From: Nitrospirales bacterium | Lineage (GTDB): Bacteria; Nitrospirota; Nitrospiria; Nitrospirales; UBA8639 | Reading direction: 5' to 3' | Length of the DNA: 64,000 bases | NCBI GenBank assembly: GCA_963555755.3 | Contig: OY820905.2 | Coordinates: 3,488,001 to 3,552,000 of the forward strand | Notes under the pieces: generated by a model | Database searches by the model: none | The model's input: the letters and a program-made list of their open reading frames with translations, nothing else | Told to the model about the DNA's origin: nothing | Shown: positions 39,231-49,913 of the stretch, in pieces | How positions within the stretch are numbered: position 1 is the first letter of the stretch | Layout of the letters: the number at the start of each line of letters is the position of its first letter | Made by a program: the position numbers and the translations under genes

Positions 39231-39364
39231 ACGAAACGGATTTTACTAAAAGACTGAATCAAGGGCCTATCATACCTGAACACAATCTTCCCCACCAGAG
39301 GAAACGGGAGCGGTTGTGTTTGACACTCAGGGAGGGCAACCTTAGGATACGGTCCAGGCTAACC

Positions 39365-41293
39365 ATGCGTATTTTTAAACGATTTAACAACCTTCCGATC
39401 GAGAAAAAACTTCTCCTTGTCTTGGTGATTCCCATTCTCGGTTTGGGAGTGCTCAGCTTCGTCACCTATAATAGCGTTCAAACCTTCTCCCAAGATGAAG
39501 ACCGTCTAAACAGGGTGTACCACGTGCAAACCACCGCTGCCGAATACATGCGACTGATTGTCGATATAGAAACAGGTTTTCGTGGGTTTGTGGTGACCCT
39601 TCAGCCGAAGTTCTTGAAACCCTACCACGCCGCCAAGCAACGAGTGTTGCAGGTGGGGCAGGCTCTTGCGTACATGGTGGAGAGCAATCCGGAACAACAT
39701 ACTGAAATTCTCAAAACCCAATCGTTAGTTCAAACATTAATGAAAGACAAAGATCGATTGATTGCACGTGCCACGGAAGGCCATCCCGATGAAGCGCTCC
39801 ACTACATTGAGTCGGGAGAAGGGTGGCAACTGATGTTAACCATTCGCGAGGAACTCTCCAAATTCAATCGTCGCGAGGGCGAAGTCCTCAGGGAAACCTT
39901 AGGGCGAACCGCACAAGATCGTTCATTTCTTTTGAGTGTGATTCTTGGCGGCGGTTCACTGGCACTCATCCCCATGGTGATTGCGTTACGGGTGTTAGCC
40001 CAGTCTATTACGGGCCCCTTAGTCACCCTGGCCAAGACAGTCGAAAACCGACCCGGTGGGATCGTCCCCGAGGTCACAGTCTTAGACCGAGGAGATGAAA
40101 TCGGCGACTTAACACGCGTCATGCATGAGATGAGTCGACAAATTCATGAGTACATTACCCAAGTTCAAAAATCCGAAGCTGAACTCAGAACATTAAACCT
40201 TGACCTGTCGACTTCAGAGTCCAAATACCGAGGCATTGTTGACCATGCCCCCTTTGGAATTTTCACGGCGAAACAAGGACGAATTATTTTTAGCAACCGA
40301 CACAATTGGATACTCGCCGGACGCAATCCCGAAGACGCGAGCAACCCCGAAGAAATCTGGGACGCGATCCACCCGGATGACCGAGAACGCGTGTCTCAAA
40401 CATTTTCTGACGCATTGGACCAACATGTGCTCTTTGAGAGCGTCTTTCGATTTCTCCACCCAGACGGCACCATTCTCAAAATCTTAAGTCGGGCTATTCC
40501 CATTCAGGATGCAGAGGGTCAAGAAATTTTGTATCAAGGTTTCAATGTTGACATTACCACGTTAGAGCAAATGCGAGAACAACTCAATCGCACCGAACAC
40601 CTGGCCACCTTGGGCCAGGTCGCGGCAGGCATTGCCCACGAAATCCGAAATCCCTTGGTCGGCATTGGCTCCACCACGTCATTATTAATGGAGGACTTTT
40701 CTCCAGGAGATGCCCAACACGAAGACCTGTTGACCATTCTTAAAGAAACCCGACGACTTGATCGCATTGTGAATCAAATCGTGGAATATGCCAGACCACA
40801 GAAATTGGTCCTGTCCTCCTTTCACATGAAATCGTTGATTGAAGAAACGTTGGAACTGGTCCAAACTCCTATTGCACAGAAGGGAATTCACGCCGCATTG
40901 GACTGTGCACCCGACCTTCCATTGATTCAGGCAGATCGTGACCAAATTAAACAGATTGTGCTCAATGCCCTTCATAATGCCATTGATGCCCTCAAACCCG
41001 AAGGAGAGCTCTCCATCGACATACAAGAAAAAACTCAAGATGGGGGACAAGGCGTGGTGGCGCATATCCAAGATAATGGCAAAGGCATTTCACCGGAAGA
41101 CCTTTCAAAAATTTTCGATCCATTTTTTACCTCTGGAAAAGAACGAGGCACAGGCCTTGGACTGGCCATCTGTCGGAATATCATTGACGCCCATGGAGGA
41201 ACCCTCAATGCCACCAGTCAAGTGGGAATCGGGACGGTATTCTCCGTGTGGTTACCCTTTACCTTACAAAACCAATCTGCCATGGTGACCTAA
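39365..41293 (+). CDS. sensor histidine kinase (CHASE3-HAMP-PAS-HisKA-HATPase)
   Basis: DIETGFRGF...FLKPY, DEIGDL, IHPDDRE, AHEIRNPL, DNGKGI, GTGLGL. Confidence 0.93.
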   Translation: MRIFKRFNNLPIEKKLLLVLVIPILGLGVLSFVTYNSVQTFSQDEDRLNRVYHVQTTAAEYMRLIVDIETGFRGFVVTLQPKFLKPYHAAKQRVLQVGQALAYMVESNPEQHTEILKTQSLVQTLMKDKDRLIARATEGHPDEALHYIESGEGWQLMLTIREELSKFNRREGEVLRETLGRTAQDRSFLLSVILGGGSLALIPMVIALRVLAQSITGPLVTLAKTVENRPGGIVPEVTVLDRGDEIGDLTRVMHEMSRQIHEYITQVQKSEAELRTLNLDLSTSESKYRGIVDHAPFGIFTAKQGRIIFSNRHNWILAGRNPEDASNPEEIWDAIHPDDRERVSQTFSDALDQHVLFESVFRFLHPDGTILKILSRAIPIQDAEGQEILYQGFNVDITTLEQMREQLNRTEHLATLGQVAAGIAHEIRNPLVGIGSTTSLLMEDFSPGDAQHEDLLTILKETRRLDRIVNQIVEYARPQKLVLSSFHMKSLIEETLELVQTPIAQKGIHAALDCAPDLPLIQADRDQIKQIVLNALHNAIDALKPEGELSIDIQEKTQDGGQGVVAHIQDNGKGISPEDLSKIFDPFFTSGKERGTGLGLAICRNIIDAHGGTLNATSQVGIGTVFSVWLPFTLQNQSAMVT

Positions 41294-41294
41294 C

Positions 41295-42698
41295 ATGCGC
41301 GCAACCATTTTTGTTACAGATGATGATGATGCCGTTCGAGCAGCGATCACTCGACGATTATCGCGAGGAGGCGTTCACGAAGTACGCAATTTTGACTCAG
41401 GGGAAGCGCTCCTGGAAGCTCTGGATCATGATATTCCCGACATCGTCCTGCTCGACCTTAAAATGACCGGCATCAGCGGTCTGGAAACCCTCAAGCTCCT
41501 CCGCCCCAAAGCCCCACACACCTTAGTCATTCTTCTCACTGCCTTTGGCACAGTTGAGGATGCCGTCGAAGCCATGAAGCTCGGGGCCTATGATTTTTTG
41601 ATCAAAAGCGTTGATCTCTCTGGAGTCAATCCGGTAGTCCAACGTGCCGTGGAATATCTAACCTTAAAGCGCCGCGTCTTGTTCGAATCAGAAGACGTCT
41701 CCAATCGTTATGCCTTCAACAATCTCATTGCCAACAGCGCCAGCATGCGAGAGCTCATGTCCCAAGTACAAGAGCTCACAAATAACACGAAAACGACGGT
41801 CTTGTTACAAGGTGACACTGGGACCGGAAAGGAATACATCGCCCGAATTCTTCATCACAACGGACCTCGCAAAGACGGCCCATTTGTCGGAGTCAACTGC
41901 ACCGCCATTCCCCAAGAATTATTTGAAAGCGAGTTATTTGGCTATGAACGCGGGGCGTTTACTGGCGCGACTCACCGAAAACCTGGGTTATGCGAACAAG
42001 CGGAAGGGGGCACCCTGTTTCTTGATGAAATCGGCGACCTCAATCCGTCCTTGCAAGCCAAACTGTTACGTGTCCTCCAAGAACGATCGTTTCGCCGACT
42101 GGGTGGTCAAGAAGATATCGAAGTTGATTTCCGTCTAATCGCCGCGACGAATCGCGATTTGAAAAAAGAAGTCAGCCAGGGCCACTTTCGAGAAGATTTA
42201 TTCTTTCGCCTCAATGTCGTGGCCTTGGAACTTCCACTTCTTCGCAATCGGGTTGAAGATATTTCACCATTAAGCCTTAGTTTTCTGTGTCAACACAGCA
42301 AAGACATTGGCAAAGACATCACGAACATCGAAGACGAAGCACGTGGCATGCTTGAACGCTACGACTACCCCGGCAATATTCGCGAATTGGAAAATATCAT
42401 TGAACGCGCTGTGATTTTTTGTAAGGGCAAATCATTAATGTCCGGGGACTTGCCACGAGAACTCCATGAAAGCAGTTCAAGGAAGGTGGTTGAAGCCTCA
42501 ACACAACACGACCAACAAATTTTGCGCATGGAAATGGTCTTAGGCGAACAATCACTCGCTGACGTTGAAGCGGCCATCATCGAAGAAGCCATGAGCCTAT
42601 GCGGACACAACAAAAGCTTAGCCGCACAAAAACTCGGACTCACTCGGTTCGCACTCGATCGCCGTTTAAAGAAAACCTCTGAAGAAGGGGAAGAATAA
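41295..42698 (+). CDS. sigma54-dependent response regulator (NtrC family)
   Basis: REC (DDDD, LLDLKM), [32 protein letters not shown], Fis-type HTH. Confidence 0.95.
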   Translation: MRATIFVTDDDDAVRAAITRRLSRGGVHEVRNFDSGEALLEALDHDIPDIVLLDLKMTGISGLETLKLLRPKAPHTLVILLTAFGTVEDAVEAMKLGAYDFLIKSVDLSGVNPVVQRAVEYLTLKRRVLFESEDVSNRYAFNNLIANSASMRELMSQVQELTNNTKTTVLLQGDTGTGKEYIARILHHNGPRKDGPFVGVNCTAIPQELFESELFGYERGAFTGATHRKPGLCEQAEGGTLFLDEIGDLNPSLQAKLLRVLQERSFRRLGGQEDIEVDFRLIAATNRDLKKEVSQGHFREDLFFRLNVVALELPLLRNRVEDISPLSLSFLCQHSKDIGKDITNIEDEARGMLERYDYPGNIRELENIIERAVIFCKGKSLMSGDLPRELHESSSRKVVEASTQHDQQILRMEMVLGEQSLADVEAAIIEEAMSLCGHNKSLAAQKLGLTRFALDRRLKKTSEEGEE

Positions 42699-42713
42699 CC
42701 TGGAAGGTCGAAG

Positions 42714-44369
42714 CTAACTTGCTGCGTATTGTTCCCGCGCAGACCGACTCAGGACATTCTCAATTCTTGGTTCAGGGTGGTGATTAGACTCAACAAACTC
42801 TAACCCGGCTCGATGAGATTGAGCCCAAATAACCTTGGCCCGTAGAAAAAGAGGCAGTCCGTAATCAGAAGAGTAGAGGGTAAGATCAAGAAGACTGCCT
42901 TCTCCAATGGGTTGCTCGAGTTGCTCAAGTCCCATACCTCTAGGGCTCCAATCACTAATTTCCCCCCAAGACTGGGTTCCGAAGAGTTGAACGGCGGCGC
43001 GCCCTTGTCCAGGAACACGAGAAACCTGTCGATCATCTCTATCGATGACCGTATGAATGCGCATGAACCGTTCACGGCCCTTCACCCGGACTTCATCAAG
43101 ATAGCGTGAGTGGCAGGAGAAGGCCATAGCTTGATGGGTCGATTCGCTCATAACAATCGGCACACGGTACACCTTCGAAAGCTCTTCAAGATTCGCGGCA
43201 AGATTCACCGTATCACCAACAGCCGTATAATCAGTCCGTTGGGCTGATCCCATTGTGCCGACTAAGACCTCACCAGTGTGAATGCCAATCCCACAGGCCA
43301 GGGCGCTGCCATACTGCTTCTGAAAATGTGCGGCAAGACGCCGAAGCCGCCGTTGACAATCCAAAGCCGTGTGCACAGCTCGACGTGCATGATCGGGCTG
43401 TGAATGTGAGGCATAAAACAAGGCCATGACTGCATCCCCCATGTACTTATCAATCGTCCCACCATGGAGGACAACCGCCTCTGTCATTTCTGTGTAATAC
43501 TCACCTAAAAAATCACAGACTTCTTCAGGGGATAAGGTCTCAGCCATTCGTGAAAATCCACGAATATCCGCAAACAATACCGTGACTATTCGGCGTTGTT
43601 GAGAAACAGACCGCGGCGAATACTTTGAGGAGGGTAGGGCTGCATGAGGAGAGGAACACTCAGAAGTATAACCAGCAAACTTAGATGTCTCTTGAATCAG
43701 TCCCTTGGTGAAGAACGCGGCACACCCAAACACCAAAGCCAAAGGAACAGGGACAAGATCCACCCATAAAATTGTATGGGCGACCAACCCATAGGCCGTA
43801 GCCAAATACGCGACTCCTAGCAGTCCTACAACCCCGACACCAAGGACACTCCCCAAACGACTGGAAAGCCAAACAGCAACAAGACTCCCGACGAGAATCA
43901 AGAACAGCATGACGGGTTCGGATACTCGAGTGGGAAAGGGCGAAGGGGTTTTCCCAGCCTGGTTCCCAAGAGTCATGGCCTCATTTTTCAAAGCCATCTG
44001 AAGGGAATCAGGAACCGTATCCCCCGAAATAGTGTAGGCATTTGCCAACACCTTGCTCCACCTAAGAGTACAAGGAGGGGTACAGAATTCGTTCTTAAAA
44101 AAAATGGGATCAGTTTGTTGAAGAAAGTCCCTTGGAAATGTTAAAGGAACAAATTGTTTGTTCATAGGGAGGGAAGAAAATTCTATGGCATCCGGCTGAA
44201 TAGATCCTTGAACTCGAAGTTGCGCATGGAGGCCCCATTGTTCAATGGGCTCAAATACCCCACCAATAAAGGCTACAGTAACCGTCATGGCCACCAACAG
44301 CCCCTGAAATATTAGAAGGAGCCTTGGTTTAAACGGACTCACGAAGGAGAGCGCATGCGACCACGTCAT
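42714..44369 (-). CDS. membrane-bound class III adenylate/guanylate cyclase with C-terminal PilZ domain
   Basis: VLFADIRGFS, IDKYMGDAVMA, GIGIHTG, DYTAVGDTVNLAA; RQVSR...DWSPRG. Start uncertain; the longer ORF begins in REP repeats. Confidence 0.82.
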   Translation of the reverse strand: MTWSHALSFVSPFKPRLLLIFQGLLVAMTVTVAFIGGVFEPIEQWGLHAQLRVQGSIQPDAIEFSSLPMNKQFVPLTFPRDFLQQTDPIFFKNEFCTPPCTLRWSKVLANAYTISGDTVPDSLQMALKNEAMTLGNQAGKTPSPFPTRVSEPVMLFLILVGSLVAVWLSSRLGSVLGVGVVGLLGVAYLATAYGLVAHTILWVDLVPVPLALVFGCAAFFTKGLIQETSKFAGYTSECSSPHAALPSSKYSPRSVSQQRRIVTVLFADIRGFSRMAETLSPEEVCDFLGEYYTEMTEAVVLHGGTIDKYMGDAVMALFYASHSQPDHARRAVHTALDCQRRLRRLAAHFQKQYGSALACGIGIHTGEVLVGTMGSAQRTDYTAVGDTVNLAANLEELSKVYRVPIVMSESTHQAMAFSCHSRYLDEVRVKGRERFMRIHTVIDRDDRQVSRVPGQGRAAVQLFGTQSWGEISDWSPRGMGLEQLEQPIGEGSLLDLTLYSSDYGLPLFLRAKVIWAQSHRAGLEFVESNHHPEPRIENVLSRSAREQYAAS

Positions 44370-44520
44370 GGTCGTCAAACAACGCTTCCAATGCTCGGGC
44401 AAGAAAAAGAAAAACAGGACTAGAAAAATAAGAAAACTCGCAAGGTTAATGGGATCAATCCCAATTTTGGTGGAGTAAGGCGAAACCCTCTTACACTCCG
44501 CTCGTATCACCCCTCGTCCA

Positions 44521-44700
44521 TTGTCATTTTGACCCTTGGGAGAACTCTCCCCCATTCCCGCCCGGGTCACGTTCTTTCGGGCCAAGCGATTTCTCCTTGC
44601 ACTCGAAATGACAGAAGGAAGCCTTCTAGTTGTTCATCCAACCAGACTTGCTCCTTACCACTTCCGCCTCTTGTCATTTCGACCCTTGGGAGAAATCTCG
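44521..44700. repeat. REP-like repeats
   Basis: TTGTCATTT(T/C)GACCCTTGGGAGAA twice, plus an inverted GATTTCTCC...CGAAATGACAG. Confidence 0.6.
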
Positions 44701-44821
44701 CCATTCCTGCCACGCCTGAGCAGGCTGTTCACCCCTCAACACGGTCCCCATAACCTGCGGCGGGCCATGGAATAGGTCCCAATTCCACCAAAATTGCAAC
44801 TGGTCCGGTTAATGGTGATCC

Positions 44822-44987
44822 CTAGGAGCCTGTCCGAGATTAGCGATCGTCACGAGAATGTGCTGGTTTGAGTCAGATGTTTCGATCATTTGAGGCGAAT
44901 AGTGGGACTATTCAACGAAAGATCGGAAGATCTGGCCACATCCAGCAACCCCGCAGCAGATCAGTCTAATCTTGGACAGGCTCCTAG
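44822..44987. repeat. MITE-like element, family E
   Basis: TIR CTAGGAGCCTGTCC(G/A)AGATTAG; a partial copy starts near 46735. Confidence 0.8.
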
Positions 44988-45174
44988 AACACGGCATTTG
45001 CTCTAACCTTTATGAGCAATTTTTATTCCTTGCGAATACATCGCTCTAATCCATTGAAAGTACTAGAGATTTGAAGTTGGTGAAAATTAAATGATTCTAG
45101 AGACATCCCAAAAATGGAAAAAGCGTATGAAAAAAGTGACACAGATGTAGGGCATAGCCTACGGTTGGTTTAAC

Positions 45175-46590
45175 CTAGAAACGGCAGTTGGGCGCAAAAA
45201 AGACGTGTAAGATATTGGGGTGCATGGTGAAATAAAAAAAGTCGTGGTCACCTCGGTGAGTCAAGCCCAAAGTTAGTTGAAATTCTCCACGGCTCCAGGG
45301 GTCATGGTACGCGGCCTTCTTGGTCGTGGGCATCTTAAGTGTGAGTTCCCGTCGTAGGGCTTCCCGCAAGCGGTGCAAGTGCCGATAGCCTTTCACCTTG
45401 TTGAGCCGCGGCTCGATATCCAGCAACGCCGTGGCCAACCAGCGCTGCCGCTGGTTCGAGTTCGTCCACCGATCTACCTTGGCACATCGTTCTTCGACCA
45501 AAGCCTTGATCGACTCCAGACCGTGGGTCGTTTTCAAGGAGGTCCCCAAGAGGGCAACCACTCCTAATCGATGCCGCGTCAACGTTTCCTCCAGCCCTTC
45601 TGCGAGACTCTGCGTGGCCGATTGATTTCGAGTCTCCAGGTCCCGTTGCAGGCGGTGTAACGCCGTCCGGGCTTCCGCATACGTCGGGCGCTGATACGCC
45701 CGTTGCAGCCGGGTGCGCCAGGTAGCCTGTTCGCCTTTGGGGAAATGCTTCACCACATTTTCCCGTGTGTGCCACTGGAACCGTTGGCCTAGGGCTAAAG
45801 AGCCAAAGGCCTGCCGCACTGCCGCTCGCAAGCCCTTCCCGCCATCGATGATGACCAACAGGCCCTGAGCACTGTCGAGCCCGCGGTCACCCACCGACTG
45901 GAGGAACGAGGTCAGGACCTCCGCGTTTTCGGTGCCCGTCTCGACAAAGCCAAGAAGGTGTTTCTCGCCGGTGAGCGTGATGCCTACGGCGACCACCATC
46001 AGCATGTCGGCGAAGGCCTTCCCATCCAGAAACACCGCCACCAGATCCAGCTGGCTCAGGTCCCGTTCTTGGAGGGCCTTGAGCTGTTGGGCGCTGGCTT
46101 GCGTAAACGTGCGCGACACCGTGGAACTCGACAAGCCGATCGCCCCTGGCACCGCGGCGGCCGCTGTCTCATAATTGCGACACGAAATCCCCTACAGCAC
46201 ACGTTTGAGGAGCACGTCATCCAAGGCCCCGTGCGCCCGCAAGGGGGGGAGCACGGTTAACGGAATTTCGGTCTCCCCATCGGGTTGGCGCACCCGCGGA
46301 ATCCGGAGCGGCACTTGTTGGCCGGCGAGTCGGACACTGCCGGGATTACTCCCATGCCGCCGCCCGGGAAGCGGCGAGGCTTTCCGGGCATAGCGGGGCC
46401 CGGCTACCGTACAGACCTCTGCTTCCAAGAGGGCCTGAACATGGAGGAGGCCCAAGGGGCTGAGGGCCCGAATACATTCGACTTTCGTCTCCACATCAAA
46501 CGCCTCATACTGGTAGGGTCGGAGGACCTGGGCCGGCCCCAACCGTTTGGTCTTCTTGCTTCGCTTCGTGGTTTGCGCAATACTCTTCAT
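45175..46590 (-). pseudogene. IS256 transposase with in-frame TAG (46192-46194)
   Basis: VL*GISCRNYE joins the two ORFs in one frame; VFLDG, IIDGGKGL, Q.H, KTT..LES. Confidence 0.85.
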
Positions 46591-46699
46591 GAAGTGGCTC
46601 CTTTCGGCTGCTGGGAAAGATGTCGGTTCTTGGTCGAACGCCATCTCACCACAGTTGAGGCAGCCACTTCAATTTTCAACTAACCTTTAGCACACACTC
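45258..46699 (-). mobile_element. IS256-family element
   Basis: Imperfect TIR GAGT....C.AAAG(G)TTAGTTGAAA; 8-bp TSD ACCTCGGT at 45250-45257 and 46700-46707. Confidence 0.88.
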
Positions 46700-47971
46700 A
46701 CCTCGGTGGCGATAAGACATTTTTTTATTGTGCGAGGAGCCTGTCCGAGATTAGGGATCGTGACGAGGGGACGCCGGTTTGATACTACACGCTTTAAGGA
46801 GTGGTTCAAGGCTTGGATCGAAACCGAATGGTGAGGTTGGGAATGGCTGTAACGGAGAAAATATATTAATCTCATTGCCGTAACGGAGAGAATATATTAA
46901 TCTAATTAAGGGTCAGTGAAAGACCAACTACCTTTTTGTGTTATGCAACCGTGTACCCTGTTCAACAAACTTACCCCCCAATACCTCACGCATCCGGTGC
47001 AACGCATGGGTGAACGTCCGGACAAATATTGCAGGTGGCTGCCACCTGTCTGCATGCTAAGCCTTCTGTTGTTCCTGGTGGGGTGTACAATGCCATCCCT
47101 GAAGAAGGGGGGAGAGTATGCGGTTCTGGTAGAAGCCTACAAGACAAAAAATGCTCAGTTGCAAGCACAACGCCAACAAGCTCTGTCAAAGGGCATCAGG
47201 GAACTGCAAGTTATCAAGGGCGAACCGCCGGACCACTTTCGCGTCAGTGTTGATCTGACCAATGCTTTGCTGCCAGTGGTCGTCGGTCGGGTGCTGGACG
47301 CCACCGAAATCCCCTACCTGTTCAATGAGACCGTGTTGACCGGAAAAGTTACGGCCCGATTTCAGAACCTTCCACTACAACTTGCGCTCAATTTACTCCT
47401 GGACTCAAGGGGACTTTCGGTCGTGTGGAAGGATAACGTGTTAGTCTTCCGCAGGGGTGTGGCAGAAGGTCCGGTAATCGCCTCACCTGCACAACCTGAT
47501 GACGTCGCAGGGAAATCTAATGGCGCCGCCGGAGAACCGCCCGGTCCAAATCCCAAAGCCACTAAGTACCTGGAAATCCCGATGCAATATATTGATATGG
47601 AGACAGTTAGCAATTTTTTAAGCGGTCTTTTTCCCAACAACGACGATGAGGGAGGTTTCCTCTCTTATGGACTACAACCCAATACCAACACCGTCTTTTT
47701 ACTCGGGCCGGGTGACCAAGTGAACAGGGCTGCCGCGCTCCTGCGTAAGGCCGATCACGCTCCGGCACATGTCTTCATCGAGGCGTTGGTGGTCCAGTTC
47801 AGTTCCGAAGAGTTAGAAGCGCTGGGTATTGATATTACCAACATCTCAGCCGGACAGTTTAGCGACGTTGTCAGTAACTTTGGCAGTCTGGCCTCGCCTG
47901 CGGCTGTCGTTACCTTCATCAATAGCGATCGCAATATTACCAGTTTGACAGCCACAATTGAAGCGTTGGTC

Positions 47972-49875
47972 CAGGGCCATTTCATTCTTTTTATAAGCAA
48001 GGGATTCCATGAGGTTTTTTGTGCCCTCTTTTTCAGGGCAGGGCCATGCGGATGGCTAAATGGGGCTTGCCCCAGAGCAGTCTACACGCCTGCGCGATAT
48101 TGGTGTAGCCTTTCAGGCGTAAGAGACTGATGGCATAGCGTCTCAGACAGGTCATGACCATTGGGCCATTGAGACTTCGTATCTGACTCCTGTCTTCATC
48201 AAAGGTGACGTCCAACACATAATGCTGCTTATTCTCCACACTCCAATGCTTTCGGTTTTGCGAGAGGATGGTCTTCGGCCCCGCCTTGTCTTTGGACTGA
48301 CTCGTGACACCGCAGACCGCTTCGACGGTCGTGAGGCCCTGCTTGAGATGCGTCACTTCCCTCTCAATGCAGAAGACTTGCTGGACATGAGGAAAGTTGA
48401 CATAGGCATTCAGGGAGTCATCGCACCAGATCCTGCGGGTCGTGATCTGCCCATGGCCTTTCTCGGTGGTGGCATAATCGCACCGGCGTGCTCGCAACGC
48501 TAAGGCCTCAATGTCGTGCTTCAAGGTGGGCTGGTTTCCCTTGACGGTGAAGACGAAGTCGGCGCCGCGTTCGTGCACCAGGTACTCGGCAATCTCTTTC
48601 TGGGTGAGGAGCGCATCCGCCGTGATCACCTTCCCTGCGATCTCGAGCGCATCTAACAGGGGCCGCACGCAGGGGATCTCATTGGTCTTGGAGTGAACTT
48701 TTTTTGGGTGAGGTGGCGCCCGGCTTGATGGGTGACGGCGCTGAGGACGTGGGGCTGTTCGCTTGGGACCTTCGACGTCCCCCGCATGGTCTTCCCATCA
48801 ATGGCAATGCCCTGATCCTCCCCGCCGAAGGTGTCCAGCCACCGGCCGAGCAGGGTATCGACTTCACAGGGGTCGACGGCCGTGATAAAGCGGTAAAGAG
48901 TGCTGCGGCTCGGGACGAGGTAGCGCCCCCCTCGCTGAGTACAGCCTAGCCGCTTGCGCATCGGCTGCGATAACTGCTGGGCCCAGTCCGAGATCGCTTC
49001 ATAGCCGCGCGCGCCGCACAAGGTGGCACAGAACATGATCGCCGTGAGGGCGCGTCGGGTGTGCCGTTGCCCTTGCAAATGGCGGGGATCGGTCAGCTGC
49101 ACCACATACGTAAAGAGGGAGTCCGTCTGTTTTGTATTCAATCTCATCTGAGGCGCTTCTCCTTTCTGATAGGGCTGATCAAGCATCGGGCGTGCAAGGA
49201 TCTCTCGGGCTTGGGGATGCAGCCGCACGACTAGGATGCGCTTCGGTCTCTCATGCTGAACATAACACGTGTTCGACTTGCGAAACCCTCGTGTCAGACC
49301 GAGCTCGTGCCACCCGGCGGCCCGATAGCAGGTCCCGGTGAAGCGGGCAGGATCGACGAAGGTCTCTAAGAGGAGCAAGGGGTAGCCGTGGTACAGTTGC
49401 CAATCGGCCGAGATCCGTTTCGCGCAGAGCGACAGGACTTTCGAGGCGAGGTTCTTTTGCGAACAGCCCGGCAGCATGAGAAACCGGGTGTTGTTGGCCA
49501 GTAAATGGAGTCGTTGCCATTGAAAACAGGGGGGCCAGCCGATCCAGTGGTCTCGCGGTCTCGATTTGAGGGCCGCCGCCGCAAACACCAGCAAGGCCAG
49601 CCAGCGATCCTGCACACAGGCGAGATATTGTATCGATTGGCCAATCAGCGGGGCATGACCGAGGTAGTGGTGTCTGTCGAGAAGGGTCTTGAAGGCGTCC
49701 TTTTCGTCTCGGACAATTGGGCGAACCACGACTTGCCTCAGATCAATGTCCGGCTGTCCGCTTGGCGATTCGTCTGGCATGCAAAAGAGTATGCCGTAAA
49801 CGAAAAGAAAAAGCCAGCCTAAATCGATTATTCCTTATTATCTATAAAGTTACACTTTAATATGAAATAGCCCTG
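47972..49875 (-). mobile_element. ISAs1-family element, copy 1
   Basis: TIR CAGGGC(C/T)ATTTCAT; DDE motifs AIDGKT, KTNEIP, ITADALLTQ, VKGNQ, HWSVEN, LDVTFDED. Confidence 0.92.
48033..49780 (-). CDS. DUF4338-fused ISAs1 transposase, -1 frameshift at A7G
   Basis: ORFs 48653-49780 and 48033-48668 overlap at AAAAAAAG (48698-48705); the shifted frame gives KVHSKTNEIPCVRPLL. Confidence 0.85.
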
Positions 49876-49913
49876 GCACCCATTGGGTGATGGGGTCCAA
49901 TAAAGGAGAAATT

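Noticed and set aside
44370..44585. N-terminal extension of the cyclase ORF
   Set aside because: It begins in REP-like repeats and looks non-coding; the true start is probably later.
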